DNA of 64,000 nucleotides from Heteronotia binoei (lineage: Eukaryota). A program made the position numbers and the translations under genes. Where the stretch lies: contig NC_083228.1 of NCBI RefSeq assembly GCF_032191835.1, positions 112,468,001 through 112,532,000 on the forward strand, given 5' to 3'. Positions 38,572 to 51,296 of the stretch are shown in pieces. The notes under the pieces were generated by a model. It had not been told where the DNA came from and did not search any database. It worked only from the letters and a program-made list of their open reading frames with translations. The number at the start of each line of letters is the position of its first letter. The stretch's first letter is position 1.

Positions 38572-38765
38572 TAGTGTCTCTTCTAAACTGAGTTAGTGTG
38601 AGCTAGCTCACAGTTTGTTAGCGTCTGGCTCACACATTTTTGTCTTAGCTCAGGAAAAATGGCCCCAGAGCAAACTAATTTTTGCAGCAGCTCACAACTT
38701 CAATGTCAGTAGCTCAGGAAGTAGAATTTTTGCTCACAAGACTTCACAGCTTAGATGGAGTACTG
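38572..38765. mobile_element. hAT MITE of the cagtgttccctctaag family
   Basis: Collinear with 28840-29441 minus its insert. Flanks gttatatg/gttgtgtg. Confidence 0.8.
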
Positions 38766-39544
38766 GTTGTGTGTACTGCACAGTGCCTGTATGGCCTAAA
38801 GGCCTATTTTGTATTTGATAAACTATTTAAGTGCACTGTTATATTTAATCTTTTTTCAATATATGTAACCCTTTAGGTATCCGATTTCATTTTTGGGGTT
38901 GGGTTTTTGTTCCTTCTTTCGTATTGCTTCGTTTCAAAATGCCTTCCACACGAAAAGCTTATCTACAGGTATCTATGGACAAATGCTATATATCCAAGTC
39001 CAGTTTTGCAGGCAGCCTTGTGGCCATGGCCGAGGCAAGGATATGTACTGATGAAGCAGAACATTGACAAGAAGACTGTTGTCGCAGTGCATCACAAACA
39101 AACAGCCTAAGCCCAAGAGTGGCTTTCTATCCCTAGAGTCACAGGAGCAGCTGGCTTTGAGTCGTATCTGTAGGGAAGCCATGTAATGCAAACACCCTTT
39201 CTAACGGTCTGGGATTTTAATATTGTTCAACTAAAAGAAAGAACGTTGTTTTTACAAGAGCTCAAAGTGGTATTGTTTCTTCTGTCCCTGCAGAAAGTTT
39301 CAGAAGTGGCCTTTAAGAGGGCATTTTCCCCCTAGTGCAAAAAACAAAAAATCACAAACTTAATGGTAATTTTGAAATACCTGTCCATTTATAAATATAC
39401 AAACTCAGAATGGGGGAGCAGTAGGGTTATAAATTGCTTATAAAGACACAAAAATATGACCAATTACATTTTTTTTTCCTGATCTGTTGGCAACCTACAT
39501 TCATGTTGGGTACAGTGTGGCCTGTAAGCTAATATTCACCAGAC

Positions 39545-39719
39545 ATGTGGCGTTGCCTTACACTGAATCAGGCCATTGTTCTTACTGGTAGTGTCTCTCC
39601 ATAGTTCCTGGCAGAGATCTTTCATGACTTGATCCTTTTAGCTGGAGATACTTGGGATTGAAACTGGGACTTTCTGCATACCAAGCCGACGCTTTACCAG
39701 TGAGCCACAGCCCTTCCTC
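39545..39719 (-). mobile_element. Squam2-like SINE, diverged
   Basis: gccttacactgaatcagg tail and gggattgaaactggg...ccagtgagcc head. Confidence 0.7.
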
Positions 39720-39895
39720 ATTAAGGTTCCACCAGTACTCCATCTAAGCTGTGGAGTCTTGTAAGGTGGGGCATGGTGTTCACCCAGAACTGACCGATCA
39801 GATCACAGACATCAATTTCCATGGAGAAAATGCCAGCTTTCAAGAATGGACTGTATGATATAGCATCCCTGCTGAGCTCCCTCCCCTCCACAAAT

Positions 39896-40765
39896 TAGGG
39901 TTGCCAAGTCCAATTCAAGAAATATCTGGGGACTTTGGGGGTGGAGCCAGGAGACATCAGGGTGGAGCCAGGAACAAGGTTGTGAAAAGCATAAATGAAC
40001 TCCAAGGGAGTTCTGGCCATCACATTTAAAGGGACCGCACACCTTTTTAAATGTCTTCCTTCCATGGGAAATAATGAAGGATAGGGGCACCTTTTTTGGG
40101 GCTCATAGAATTGGACCCCATGGTCCAATTGTTTTGAAACTTGGGGGGTATTTTGGGGAGAGTCACTAGATATTATACTGAAAATTTGGCACCTCTACCT
40201 CAAAAAACAGCTCCCCCATAGCCCCCAAAACCTCCAGATCAATTCCCCATTATACCCTATGAGAATCAATCTCCACATAGGGAATAATGAAGTGCTCAGC
40301 AGACTCCCCCCCCCCCCCATTTCTGGCCACTCTGAAGCAGGGATTGGCCTCTCTACTCACGAGTTGCTGCCAACTTCTTCAAAGTAACACAGACACACCA
40401 TCCCAAGAGGAAGCCTTTCAATCGGCGACTGAAGCCTCCGAAGGTAGAAACGTACATGGTCCTCCGGGGGGCAGAGCTCCCCCCCGCCGTCCAGACTCCC
40501 CGAGGAGATGCCACCCGGCAGCCAGAGAGGACGCAAGGACTACGAGTCCCAGCATGCACCTTGCGAAGGGAGGCCGGACTGGAGCGAATAGCAGGCCGGC
40601 GGTGGGAGGGTCTTTGTGACCCGGAGGAAGGGAGAAGCCTGCAAGGGAAAGAGACACGGCGCCGTTCCACCCCCCCCCCCGCTTCCAGATTTTTGTAGAG
40701 CGGGGGAGGAGGCTGCTAATCCAGGGGGTCCCCGGCAGGGCGGGGGGGGGGGGTTGGGAAGCCTA
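39896..40765. mobile_element. hAT element of the same family as 37728-38361, inserted in an older MITE (about 39810-40838)
   Basis: tagggttgccaag...gttgggaagccta with exact TSD ccacaaat. The host MITE body continues on both sides. Confidence 0.9.
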
Positions 40766-41358
40766 CCACAAATCCCACCCTCCCCAGGCTCTGCCTACAA
40801 ATCTCTGGGAATTTCCCTACCTGGAGCTGGCATCCCTACTCCCAATACTATTTTACTTAAGCTGTTAAGATCAATGTACCTTTATGTACCTTTGCATAGA
40901 ATTGCCCTGTAAGATAATTAGCCTGGCTCCTCTTCTTTCCACTACTTATGGGTTATGCAGATGTTTCAAGGTGTCCCTTAGCAATGCTCAACAGCCTTCC
41001 ACACATTGCAATTGTACTGCACACTGGGGATTACAGTATGTGTCTTTTTAATTGTTGGTTTATGTTGGCCTCTCCTTGATAGAAAGGCACACATAAGAGG
41101 CAGGAGGGAGGCAGCCAATCAGGCGCCCTGCTGGGCAGGATCTGCAGAAGACCCCACCCATTTTCTAAAAACACCAGGCTGATGCCAAGAAAGTTGCCAG
41201 TAGCACCATGGCATTGGGGAACCCAGTTATAGAGCATACTCTGTGAACAGCTTCATCTCCTTCCCCCAACCCTGATTTTCAATCATATATTCCTACAATA
41301 TGCAACACATGAAGTTTTTTCCCATAGGCTTAGTGAGTCAGGGAATGAGACTTTCAGC

Positions 41359-41578
41359 TAGGGTTGCCAGGTCAGTGTTGGGAAATACCTGGAGACTTTG
41401 GGGGTGGATCCAGGGGAGGGTGGGGTTTGGGGAGGCGGAGGGACCTCAGCATGGTACAATGCCATAGAGCCCACCCTTCAAAGCAGCCATTTTCTCCAGG
41501 GGAGCTGATCTCTGCCAGCTGGAGGTCAGTTGTAAAAGCAAGAGATCACCAGGCCCGACTTGGAGGATGGCAACCCTA
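41359..41578. mobile_element. hAT MITE (Blackjack-like TIR)
   Basis: tagggttgcca...tggcaacccta with exact TSD ctttcagc. Confidence 0.92.
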
Positions 41579-41992
41579 CTTTCAGCCTGAATAGGCTTGT
41601 AATCTCCTCTTCAAGCCCCATCAGTATGTTACAGCACTGCTGGCAGCTATACACCAAACAGAAGGGAACAATATTAGATTGCAATACTTGTGACGAGGCC
41701 AGTCAAAGAATTCTTTACAAAGATGCCTCTGCATAGTAAAAGGGAATGCCTTCTAGGTGAGGCAGGACAGAAAAGTCTCTGTCCATCTGCAGCAATGAGT
41801 GCTCCCTGTTACACTCCTTTGGTATCATCAAAGGTATAAAAATGGATGACCTGCCTGGTTTCCAACCTGAATAATCACATTTTGTCCCACTTAAATCCCA
41901 TCTGTGCTTGGAATGCCTAGGTTGTCTTGTCTTCATTGCTCACCCCGGCCCTTCCCCCAACTGCTGGCTGCCTCTGCTGTGAAGTTCTAAAC

Positions 41993-42335
41993 CAGGGGTC
42001 CTCAAACTTTTTAAATAGGGGGCCAGTTCACTGTCCCTGAGACTGTTGGAGGGCCGGACTGCCGTTACTGTACAAGGCCACGGGCCGTCAGTTCTCCGTC
42101 TTCTGCATCTCTTTCCCTTCCCCACACCACACACCCCGGCCTGGGAACTCACCTCACCTCGGTATCACCTCACACTCTATCTCCGCCGCCTCAGCCCAGT
42201 GCCGGAAGTGTGCGTTGCTAACACGAGTTTAGGTCGAACATCACTTCCAGTCTGATTTTGCCATAACCCGGAGGGCCGCATAAACGTCCTCAGCGGGCCG
42301 CATCTGGCCCGCGGGCCGTAGTTTGAGGACCCCTG
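41993..42335. mobile_element. hAT-Charlie non-autonomous element, OposCharlie1 (OC1)-like
   Basis: Perfect 16-bp TIR caggggtcctcaaact, exact TSD ttctaaac (close to the Charlie nTCTAGAn preference), CpG-rich. The OC1 name is from recall of terminal sequences. Confidence 0.85.
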
Positions 42336-42521
42336 TTCTAAACAGACGTGTTCCATTGTGCTATGAAACTGCACCTTTCTGGCACTTAGAAGTGTTTTCT
42401 CTGTTAAACATATAAAATGTGTGAGTCTTTAAAGTACAGCTTTTCATTGCACATAATAAGAACCTAGAATACAGAACAGAAGCACTGAGATGTTTAAAAA
42501 GGCCAACAAAATGAACACACC

Positions 42522-42680
42522 CAGGGCTTTTTTTGAGCAGGAACACACAGGAACGCAGTTCTGACTTGCTTGCTGTCAAGGGGTGTGGCCTAATATGCAA
42601 ATAAGTTCCCGCTAGGTTTTTTCTACAAAAAAGCCCTGTTTGAAACAATGGCGACAGCAGGGGGTGTGGCCTAATATGGA
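42522..42680. mobile_element. CAGGGC-family MITE, partial
   Basis: cagggctttttttgagcaggaac...ggcctaatatgcaaat. Confidence 0.75.
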
Positions 42681-43020
42681 AATGAGTTCCAGAACACACT
42701 TCTGGGGGCTTCACTAGGATTGCCAACTACAGGGGGGAATTCTGCAGATTTGAGGATGGGGGCTGTGGAAGGCGGGATCTAGGAATGGGAGGGAGCTCAG
42801 CAGGGCATAATGCCATAGAGTCCACCCTCCAAAGCAGCCAGTTTCTCCAAGAGAACTGATCTCTGGAGTCGGAAATCCTGGGATGTCTCCACGCCCATCT
42901 GGAGCCTGCTAACTATAGGCTCCAAGCCTAATGAAATACAGATTGTTTCATAGAAGGTATTGATGAGACTAAGAAATCACAACTCAGGGGTTTTTTTTTC
43001 CAGCTGTCCATTACAGGCAT

Positions 43021-43203
43021 CAGGGCTTTTTTTGTAGCAGGAACTCCTTTGCATATTAAGCCACACACCCTGATGTAGCTAATCCTTCTGGAGCTTGCAG
43101 TAGGCCTTGTGCTAAGAGCCCTGTAAACTCTTGGAGGATTGGCTACATCAGGGGTATGTGGCCTAATGTGCAAAGGAGTTCCTGCTACGAAAAAAAAGCT
43201 CTG
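43021..43203. mobile_element. Fully palindromic hAT MITE
   Basis: About 90-bp inverted arms, TSD acaggcat/ataggcat. Confidence 0.9.
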
Positions 43204-44319
43204 ATAGGCATTATCGTATGGTTGTGAAAACAGCCACCTCTCAATTACATAATCATTATCCTAGGAAAAAACTTTTTTAAAAATCCAGACAAAATTGACT
43301 AATCAATATCTAATCTCTGATCAGTTTTAAAAGAGACTATAGTCCATGAAGCCAGTTACTTTTTACGCTTCTCGATGGAATAACTAAAATAATAGAATTT
43401 GGCATTGCTGTGGGAGTGATGATAAATGTTGTGTGTCAAACTAAGGAAGGGAGAAATATTTCATAAGAGCAAAAAATTATCCTAAAAGACACAGCACACT
43501 GTGAATAATCATGCCAGCCCCTCTTGATTTGAAGGTCAGAGTGGACTTACATTTACTGACTTTTTATATGAATGCCATCATCACAATATCATTTGAAAAA
43601 GACAACCTCTCATCGTATGTCTGATCTTACGGCCTTTTCATCATGTGCTACAGATAATCCTCTGGGGTAGGAAAGGTAAAACATGGTGAACTTTTAGAAT
43701 GATAATTACTGTCTGGCCTGCATGTTTGACTGTTACTGTAATTGTTTAACAATGCAACCATATACAGAGTTCTAACTCCCTTGAAATCAATGAGTAACTC
43801 TGCATAGGAGTGTAGTGTAAGACAATTAGCTTGGCTCCTCCTCCTCTTTCTACCATTATTCATGAATGGGTTGTGTAGGTCCTTGAAATATCCCTTCACA
43901 ATTTTAGCTGGCCCTCCTCATTGTAGCATTGCATGCAGGGTTATATGAATTTTAAACCTACATGTTTATGTTGGTCCCTCCTTGATATAAAAGCACCCCA
44001 AGAGAACCTAAGCAGCCTCTACAAACGTTTGCATTTCTCAAGAGCTTTCAAATGCACTGAATGCACCTCGGATCAACCATTAAAAAAGTATCCACTTTTT
44101 TTTTTTAAATGATCCTTACTGGACTCCATCAATTTGGAGGGGAAAAAGCTTGACTACATAGAAAATATACCATATGGCTGGAAAAAAGGAAAGTGTGTAA
44201 AAATAATTATAGCCCTTTTCAGATGTTCAGTGGGAATGGAATGAATGCACATGGCTGTAAGCTCTGCCCCCAACATGACCATATTCATTGGAAGGTAAAT
44301 AGAAGGGGGGGGGAGAGTT

Positions 44320-44506
44320 GCCATCAAGTTGCAGTTGACTTACGGTGACCCTGTAGGGTTTTTAAGGAAAGATATTCAGAGGTTGTTGGCCATTGTTTGC
44401 CATTGCATAGTGAGCTGGTATTCCTTGGTGGTCTGGTCTCCCATCCAAATAGTGAACAGGGCTGATCCTACTGAGCTTCCAAAATTTGACAAGATCAAGC
44501 TAGCCT
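44320..44506 (-). mobile_element. Second copy of the 5S-derived SINE
   Basis: Reverse complement gives ggaagctcagtagg...tttggatgggagacc and the same RTE-type tail as 13415-13630. Confidence 0.8.
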
Positions 44507-44825
44507 CTCTCTCCAACCAACCGAAAAACCTACTTTTCCCAGGGTTCCTGATTGCATGCAGAGCACTCTGTGTTGGTATGGACATCAGCTCAGTAGCATG
44601 TTCCAATGAATGCATACCAACTGGAACTTGCTTCTGTAATCCCATTCTTTTCCACCACATGATGACTATTGTATATAGGGATGCTCAAACACCTGTCAGT
44701 TCAGATGACATCCTGCTCAGCAATCATGAACAGATGATTCTTCAACAGACTATATGTCTGTTCATCAACCCTTTGCTTCACCCTTATTCCATCGTGTCAG
44801 TTCAATACAATACAACTGGTTTTTT

Positions 44826-45007
44826 CAGGGCTTTTTTTGTAGCAGGAATTCCTTTGCCTATAAAGCCACACACCTCTGATGTAGCCAATCCTCCTGGAGC
44901 TTACAGTAGGCCCTGCAGTAAGAGCCCTGTAAGTTCTTGGAGGATGGGCTACATCAGGGGTGTGTGGCCTAATATGCAAAGAAGTTCCTGCTACAAATAA
45001 AGCCCTG
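44826..45007. mobile_element. Fully palindromic hAT MITE
   Basis: Same family as 43021. TSD ggtttttt/gatttttt. Confidence 0.9.
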
Positions 45008-45127
45008 GATTTTTTGCACATGTACATTCTCAGACAGCCTGATTAAGACCTTGCTATTCTGATGTTCCACTTAGAAGTCAGTTGTGTAAACAGACATATG
45101 AATCAGACACAAACCATAGCAATCAGT

Positions 45128-48100
45128 CATAAGAAGATAAGAGAAGACTTGTTGAATCAGGACAATGGCCCATCCAGTCNNNNNNNNNNNNNNNNNNNNN
45201 NNNNNNNNNNNNNNNNNNNNNNNNNNNNNNNNNNNNNNNNNNNNNNNNNNNNNNNNNNNNNNNNNNNNNNNNNNNNNNNNNNNNNNNNNNNNNNNNNNNN
45301 NNNNNNNNNNNNNNNNNNNNNNNNNNNNNNNNNNNNNNNNNNNNNNNNNNNNNNNNNNNNNNNNNNNNNNNNNNNTGATGGACCTCTGCTCCATATTTTT
45401 ATCCAATCCCCTCTTAAAGCTGGCTATGCTTGTAGCCGCCACCACCTCCTGTGGCAGTGAATTCCACATGTTAATCACCCTTTGGGTGAAGAAGTACTTC
45501 CTTTTATCCGTTTTAACCTGACTGCTCAGCAATTTCATTGAATGCCCTCGAGTTCTTGTATTGTGAGAAAGGGAGAAAAGTATTTCTTTCTCTACTTTCT
45601 CCATCCCATGCATAATCTTGTAAACCTCTATCATGTCACCCCACAGTTGACATTTCTCCAAGCTAAAGAGCCCCAAGCGTTTTAACCTTTCTTCATAGGG
45701 AAAGTGTTCCAAACCTTTAATCATTCTAGTTGCCCTTTTCTGCACTTTTTGCAATGCTATAATATCCTTTTTGAGATGCAGTGACCGGAATTGTACACAG
45801 TATTCCGAATGAGACCGCACCATCAATTTATACAGGGGCATTATGATACTGGCTGATTTGTTTTCAATTTCCTTCCTAATAATTCTCAGCATGGCGTTGG
45901 CCTTTTTTATTGCAATCGCATAGTGTCTTGATATTTTCAGTGAGTTATCTACCACAACCTCAAGATCTCTCTCTTGGTCAGTCTCTGCCAGTTCACAACA
46001 CATTAACTTGTATTTGTAGCTGGGATTCTTGGCCTCAATGTGCATTACTTTGCACTTGGCCACATTGAACCTCATCTGCCACGTTGACGCCCACTCACCC
46101 AGCTTCAACAGGTCCCTTTGGTGTGCCTCACAATCCTCTCTGGTTCTCACCACCCTGAACAATTTAGTATCATCTGCAAACTTGGCCACTTCACTGCTCA
46201 CTCCCAACTCCAGATCATTTATGAACAAATTAAAGAGCATGGGACCCAGTACTGAGCCCTGCAGCACCCCACTGCTTACCGTCCTCCACTGTGAAGACTG
46301 CCCATTTATACTCACTCTCTACTTCCTATTAATTAGCCAGTTTTTGATCCACAAGAGGACCTGTCCTTTTACTCCATGACTCTTGAGCTTACTAAGGAGC
46401 CTTTGATGAGGAACTTTATCAAAAGCTTTCTGGAATTCAAGGTAAACAACATCTATTGGGTCCCCTTTGTCCACATATTTGTTCACCCCCTCAAAGAACT
46501 GTAACAGGTTAGTGAGGCAAGATCTTCCCTTACAGAACCCATGCTGAGTATGCCTCAATAACTTGTGTTCATCAATGTGCCTACTCATTCTTTCCTTGAT
46601 AATGGTTTCTACAAACTTTCATGGTATTGAAGTCAAACTGACTGGCCTGTAATTTCCCAGATCTCCCCTGGAACCCTTTTTAAAGATGGGGGTGACATTT
46701 GCTACCTTCCAGTCCTCAGGAACGGAGGCAGATCTCAATGAAGGGTTACATATTTTTGTCAGGAGATCCACAAGTTCAACTTTGAATTCTTTCAGAACTC
46801 TTGGATGTATGCCATCCGGACCTGGTGACTTATTAGTTTTTAATTCATCAATCAGTTATAGGACCTCCTCTCTTGTCACCTCAATATGACTCAGGTCTTT
46901 CAACACCCCTTCCAAAATTAGTGGTTCTGGAGCAGGCAAACACTTCTCATCTTCCACAGTGAAGACGGAGGCAAAAAATGCATTCAGCTACTCAGCCATT
47001 TCCCTATCCTCCTTCAGTAATCCTTTTTCCCCTTGGTCATCCAAGGACCCCACTGACTCCCTGGCTGGTTTCCTGTTTCTAATATAGTTGAAGAAATTTT
47101 TATTGTTGGTCTTTATGTTTTTTGCAATATGCTCCTCATAGTCCCTTTTTGCCTGCCTGATCACACTCTTGCATTTGATTTGCCACAGCCTGTGTTCCCT
47201 TTTATTAATCTCACTTGAACTAGCTTTCCACTGTTTAAAGGAGTCCTTCTTACCTTTTACAGCTTCCATTACTTTGTTTGTTAACCATGCAAGCCTTTTC
47301 TTATACCTGTTTATGCCTTTCCTAACTTATGGTATATATTTTATCTGAGCTTCTAGGATTGTAGTTTTAAATAGCCTCCAAGCTTCCCCAAGTGTTTTGA
47401 CTGTATTTACCTTTCTTTTCAGTTTCCTCTTCACATGCCTCCTCATCTCAGAGAATTTACTCCTTTTAAAGTTAAATGTGGTTGTGCTGGTCTTTTGGGG
47501 CAACTCCCTATTTATACAAATGGTGAAATCAATAACGTTATGGTCACTGCTCCCAAGTGGTGCAATCACTTTTACATCTCTCACCAAGTCTTGGGCATTA
47601 CTTAGGACCAAATCCAGGATCACCCCACCCCTGGTAGGTTTTGTGACCACCTGCTCCATAGCACAATCATTGAGAGCATCTAGAAACTCAATCTCTTTCT
47701 CTCGACCTGAACACATATTGACCCAGTCAATCTGCAGGTAGTTAAAATCACCTATTATGACACAGTTTTTACGTTTAGCTGCTATCTTTAATCCTTCCAT
47801 CATATTATAATCATCCTCTATCTTTTGATTTGGTGGGCGGTAACAAGCTCCTATAGTTAAATTTCCTTTTGGGCCCTCTATTTCGACCCAAAGCATTTCT
47901 AGAAAGGAATCTAATTCTTTGACCTCAGTCTTACTGGACTGTATACCCTCTCTGACATACAGAGCCACCCCACCTCCAACCCTTCCCTCCCTATCCTTCC
48001 AATATAACTTATATCCAGAATCATCGTGTCCCACTGATTCTCCTCATTCCACCAAGTTTCTGAAATTCCTACAGTGTCTATGTTTTCCCCCAACACTAAA

Positions 48101-49731
48101 CATTCCAACTCACCAATTTTACTTCTAGCATTTGTATACAAACATCTATAATTTCCCAGGCAAGTTAGGCCCACAACCTTCCTCCTGCTGCCTTGAGACT
48201 TTGGCAGACACTCCATACTGTTTGTCACCATCTCACTGGACAACTCTGATCCATTACCCGGTAGAAAAGTAACAGCTAACCCTTCATCTCTTTGAGATGA
48301 GTCCTCCCGAACCAGAGACATTTCATCTCCTGTCGGTTTTCCCTCAAGATTTAGTTTAAAAACTGCTCTGCCACCTTTTTGATTTTAAGCGTCAGCAGCT
48401 TGGTTCCATCTGCGGACAAGTGGAAACCGTCTCTTTTGTACAGCTCCTGCTTGTTCCAGAAAGCATCCCATTGCCTAACAAACGTAAACCCTTCTTCCCT
48501 ACACCATCGTCTCATCCATGCATTGAGACTTTTAATTTGTGCCTGTCTCTCCAGCCCTGCACATGGAAGAGGTAGCACTTCTGAGAAGGCTACCTTGGAG
48601 GTCCTGGCCTTAAGTCTCCTGCCTAGCAGCCTAAATTTTTCCTCCAGGACCTCACGACTGCATTTCCCCACATCGTTGATGCCAACATGCACCACGACCA
48701 CTAGCTCCTCCCCAGCACTGTCTAACAGCCTATCTACTACACGCGTAATGTCCGCTACCTTCGCATCAGGCAGGCAAGTCACCATACGGTCAATATGTGG
48801 TTTTGCCACCCAGCTGTCTACTTGCCTAAGGATCGACTCACCAACTACCAAGACCCCCCTCTCTCCCTGCCCAGGGATGGTTCTTTGGTGCGAAAAGTTA
48901 CCTGCTCACCAACTGAAGAAGAGGTCCCTTCTGAGGGCGCATTCCCCTTATCCTCAGCACGGTGCCCTGTTTCCTCTCAACCCTCATGCTCCCTGGCAGC
49001 AACGGGGCTGCCACGTTCAGAGTGGGGCTCATCTAATACGTCCCTGAGAGTCTTCTCCAAGTGCCTGACAGTCTCTGCTTCTCCAGGTCAGTCACCTTGG
49101 CCTCAAGGATACAAACTCGTTCCCTGAATACCAGGAGATCTTGCATTGAGCACACACCCAAGACTTCTGTCCTGTAGGCAGATAGTCATACATGTAACAC
49201 TCAGTGCAAAACACTGGAAATCGCCCACCCCCCTGCTGTCATTCTACCTTCATGATAGCTTTTTTAAAATATACAGTCCCCTTTTAAATCCTGTTTGTTT
49301 ATGTGGCTCTCCTTCTGGAGGGTCTACTTACCTTATTGGGAACACAAGGAAAATCGGGATCTGGGTTCCTGGACCTTACACAGCCCCCAGGTTAAGAGCC
49401 ACAGGCCAAGAGCCCTTTAGCTCTCGCCATTTAGCTCTTGCCTTTCGACTCGCGCCAAATGCTCGCGCCTCTGGCAAGGCACAGCTTAATAATGCAAAGA
49501 GGGTGGGGCCTCAGTCTGCCCCAGGAACACAGTCACTCCTAATCAATCAGCAACAATCACCTTCAGCCCACTCAAACCAAACAAACAGCAGTTTCCCAGC
49601 AACCACAAACTCAGAATTTTCAGCAATCACAGTCACACAAACTCAGAAATTCTCAGCAACTCCCCCAGCTGTTTAGAAAGCCAAACCTCACCCTTATGGC
49701 ACTTCTTATCTGCTCTCTCTCAGAGCTCTCT
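45128..49731 (-). mobile_element. Near full-length CR1 LINE, disrupted
   Basis: ORF1 49253-48351 with CxxC...CxxC zinc finger and leucine zipper (VFCTECYMY...VCAQCK) and SGNH esterase (VVVGESIL, VVHVGIND, RDGFHLS). ORF2 with APE (YTNARS, ISETWW, GDFN, GSSDH) and RT (LEFQKAFDKVPH, QGSVLGP, FADD). CR1 tail cataagaagataag. Several stops and frameshifts. Confidence 0.96.
45180..45375. other. Assembly gap (196 N) in the CR1 3' UTR
   Basis: Run of N. Confidence 1.
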
Positions 49732-51049
49732 GAAATGTGAAATCATAAATAAATGCTTTTAAAATGTCCTACCAGTCAGTGTTTTTTTCTGAATAGTCAG
49801 TGCTTTTAATGGTTTCTGATCAAATTGGTAATGTTATCTCACATGAACAGCGTTTGGGGAGAATGATGTAAACTTTTAGTCATTTGGCAGGACTTTGAGT
49901 CAATGGTGCTGAACTGCAGTAATCCAGTGGCTGGCTGGTGTTAGATCGTCACAGTCAAACATGGCAAATCTGACCCTCATGCAAGCACCCTGTAGCTACT
50001 CAAATTCTACCCACATTGAATGTCTGCAGAAGGCTTCAGTGAAATCAGAAAGCTAATGACAGTCAGTGCATAGTACTTCTTGGATCCTTTCCAGCCAGAC
50101 GCTGTGCGTGTTTATTTGGTGCCCAATTAGCCTGACTCCCATCTAAGTGCATCTAAGCTTGCCTCCCTTGCATTCTGTAACTCTTCAGTCCCAAACAGAT
50201 GTATATGCAAGTGCTCAGGTGTGGGTACACTGCCTGAAGTTTTTTGTCTAAACTGATTAACTCCCCCTGTGCTCATTGCTTCAGCAACTAATGTTTTTTT
50301 TTTTACAACTGACAGCCCAGCTGAGCCATAGGAACCTCCCTAAAATGTGTGTCTCTTTTTCTGTCTCTGACTCCTAACTAGAATTCATAAGCTGATGGTC
50401 TTATAAGAAGAAGCTGGCGGAAGCTTAGATATGGCTGACATTTCAGTTGTTTTCCTTTACAGTCACTATATTGAAGCATTCATCCTCTTCTGGGAAATGC
50501 CAACAACTTTCAGACTGTGACCTAGGCCCTGCCACCCATTAGCTGCACATGTGACATGCAGTGGGTTACTTAATGTTAAGAATATCCTGAGTTGAAAGAT
50601 TTCCAGTGGCTCAGGCCCTTGCAATACAATGCCTAGCGATTTCTGTTAGAGTATGGCCTAATTTATAGACTGCAGTCAATTTTCCTATCTTCAACAGCAT
50701 CTACAAACTTTACTTCAGCTGTAGAAATGGATAGGTGACCTCAGTAGCAGACAATGGCTCACATCCTGCAGTGAAGCACTACACTAATGAAAGGCATTTC
50801 TGACAGCAGAAAGAGACTTTCTCCTTTCCTCCCACCCAGCTGAAGCCCCAATTGCTGCTCTTGGTGAACAGGGACACTCGGAAACAGCATGAGGGTCAAA
50901 CAGTGAAGTGGGAAAGGGGAATCAGTGACAATTTTCCCTTTCAGTGACAGAAATTTGCGACAGGATCCAAGCAAGCAGCCACATTTTTGGTCAGTATAAG
51001 TCACAATTGATTTGGTGATTCCCCCACCTCAGACCACATTTAGTTTAGG

Positions 51050-51296
51050 ACCACCATGCCTGAAGAAGCACCAACTCCCTTATGAACATATCTGACCACT
51101 ACAGTCATCTTCCAAGGCCCCACTTTGGGGGGCTCTGCCTTCTGAGATTAGGTGGTGGCAACCTGGAAGAGGGCTTTCTCCATCATGGCAGAGGGTGTCT
51201 GTTGTGGGGGGAGAAGTATAGGAGATGGTAAACTGGTCTGAGTCTCTTATTCAGAGAGAAGGGTGGGGTATAAATCTGCAGTCTTCTTCTTCTTCT
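51050..51296 (+). mobile_element. Degraded L2 3' fragment
   Basis: Remnant of the L2 C-terminus (gcaacctggaagagggctttctcc), then gggtggggtataaat and a (ctt)n tail. Confidence 0.65.

Noticed and set aside
44329-45000. 223-aa ORF
   Set aside because: It starts within a 5S-derived SINE (antisense) and ends in a palindromic MITE, so it is a chance open frame.
49146-49676. 176-aa antisense ORF over the CR1 5' UTR, analogous to L1 ORF0
   Set aside because: TTG start, and one or two stop-free frames of this length are expected by chance in 64 kb. It would need conservation in the CR1 consensus.
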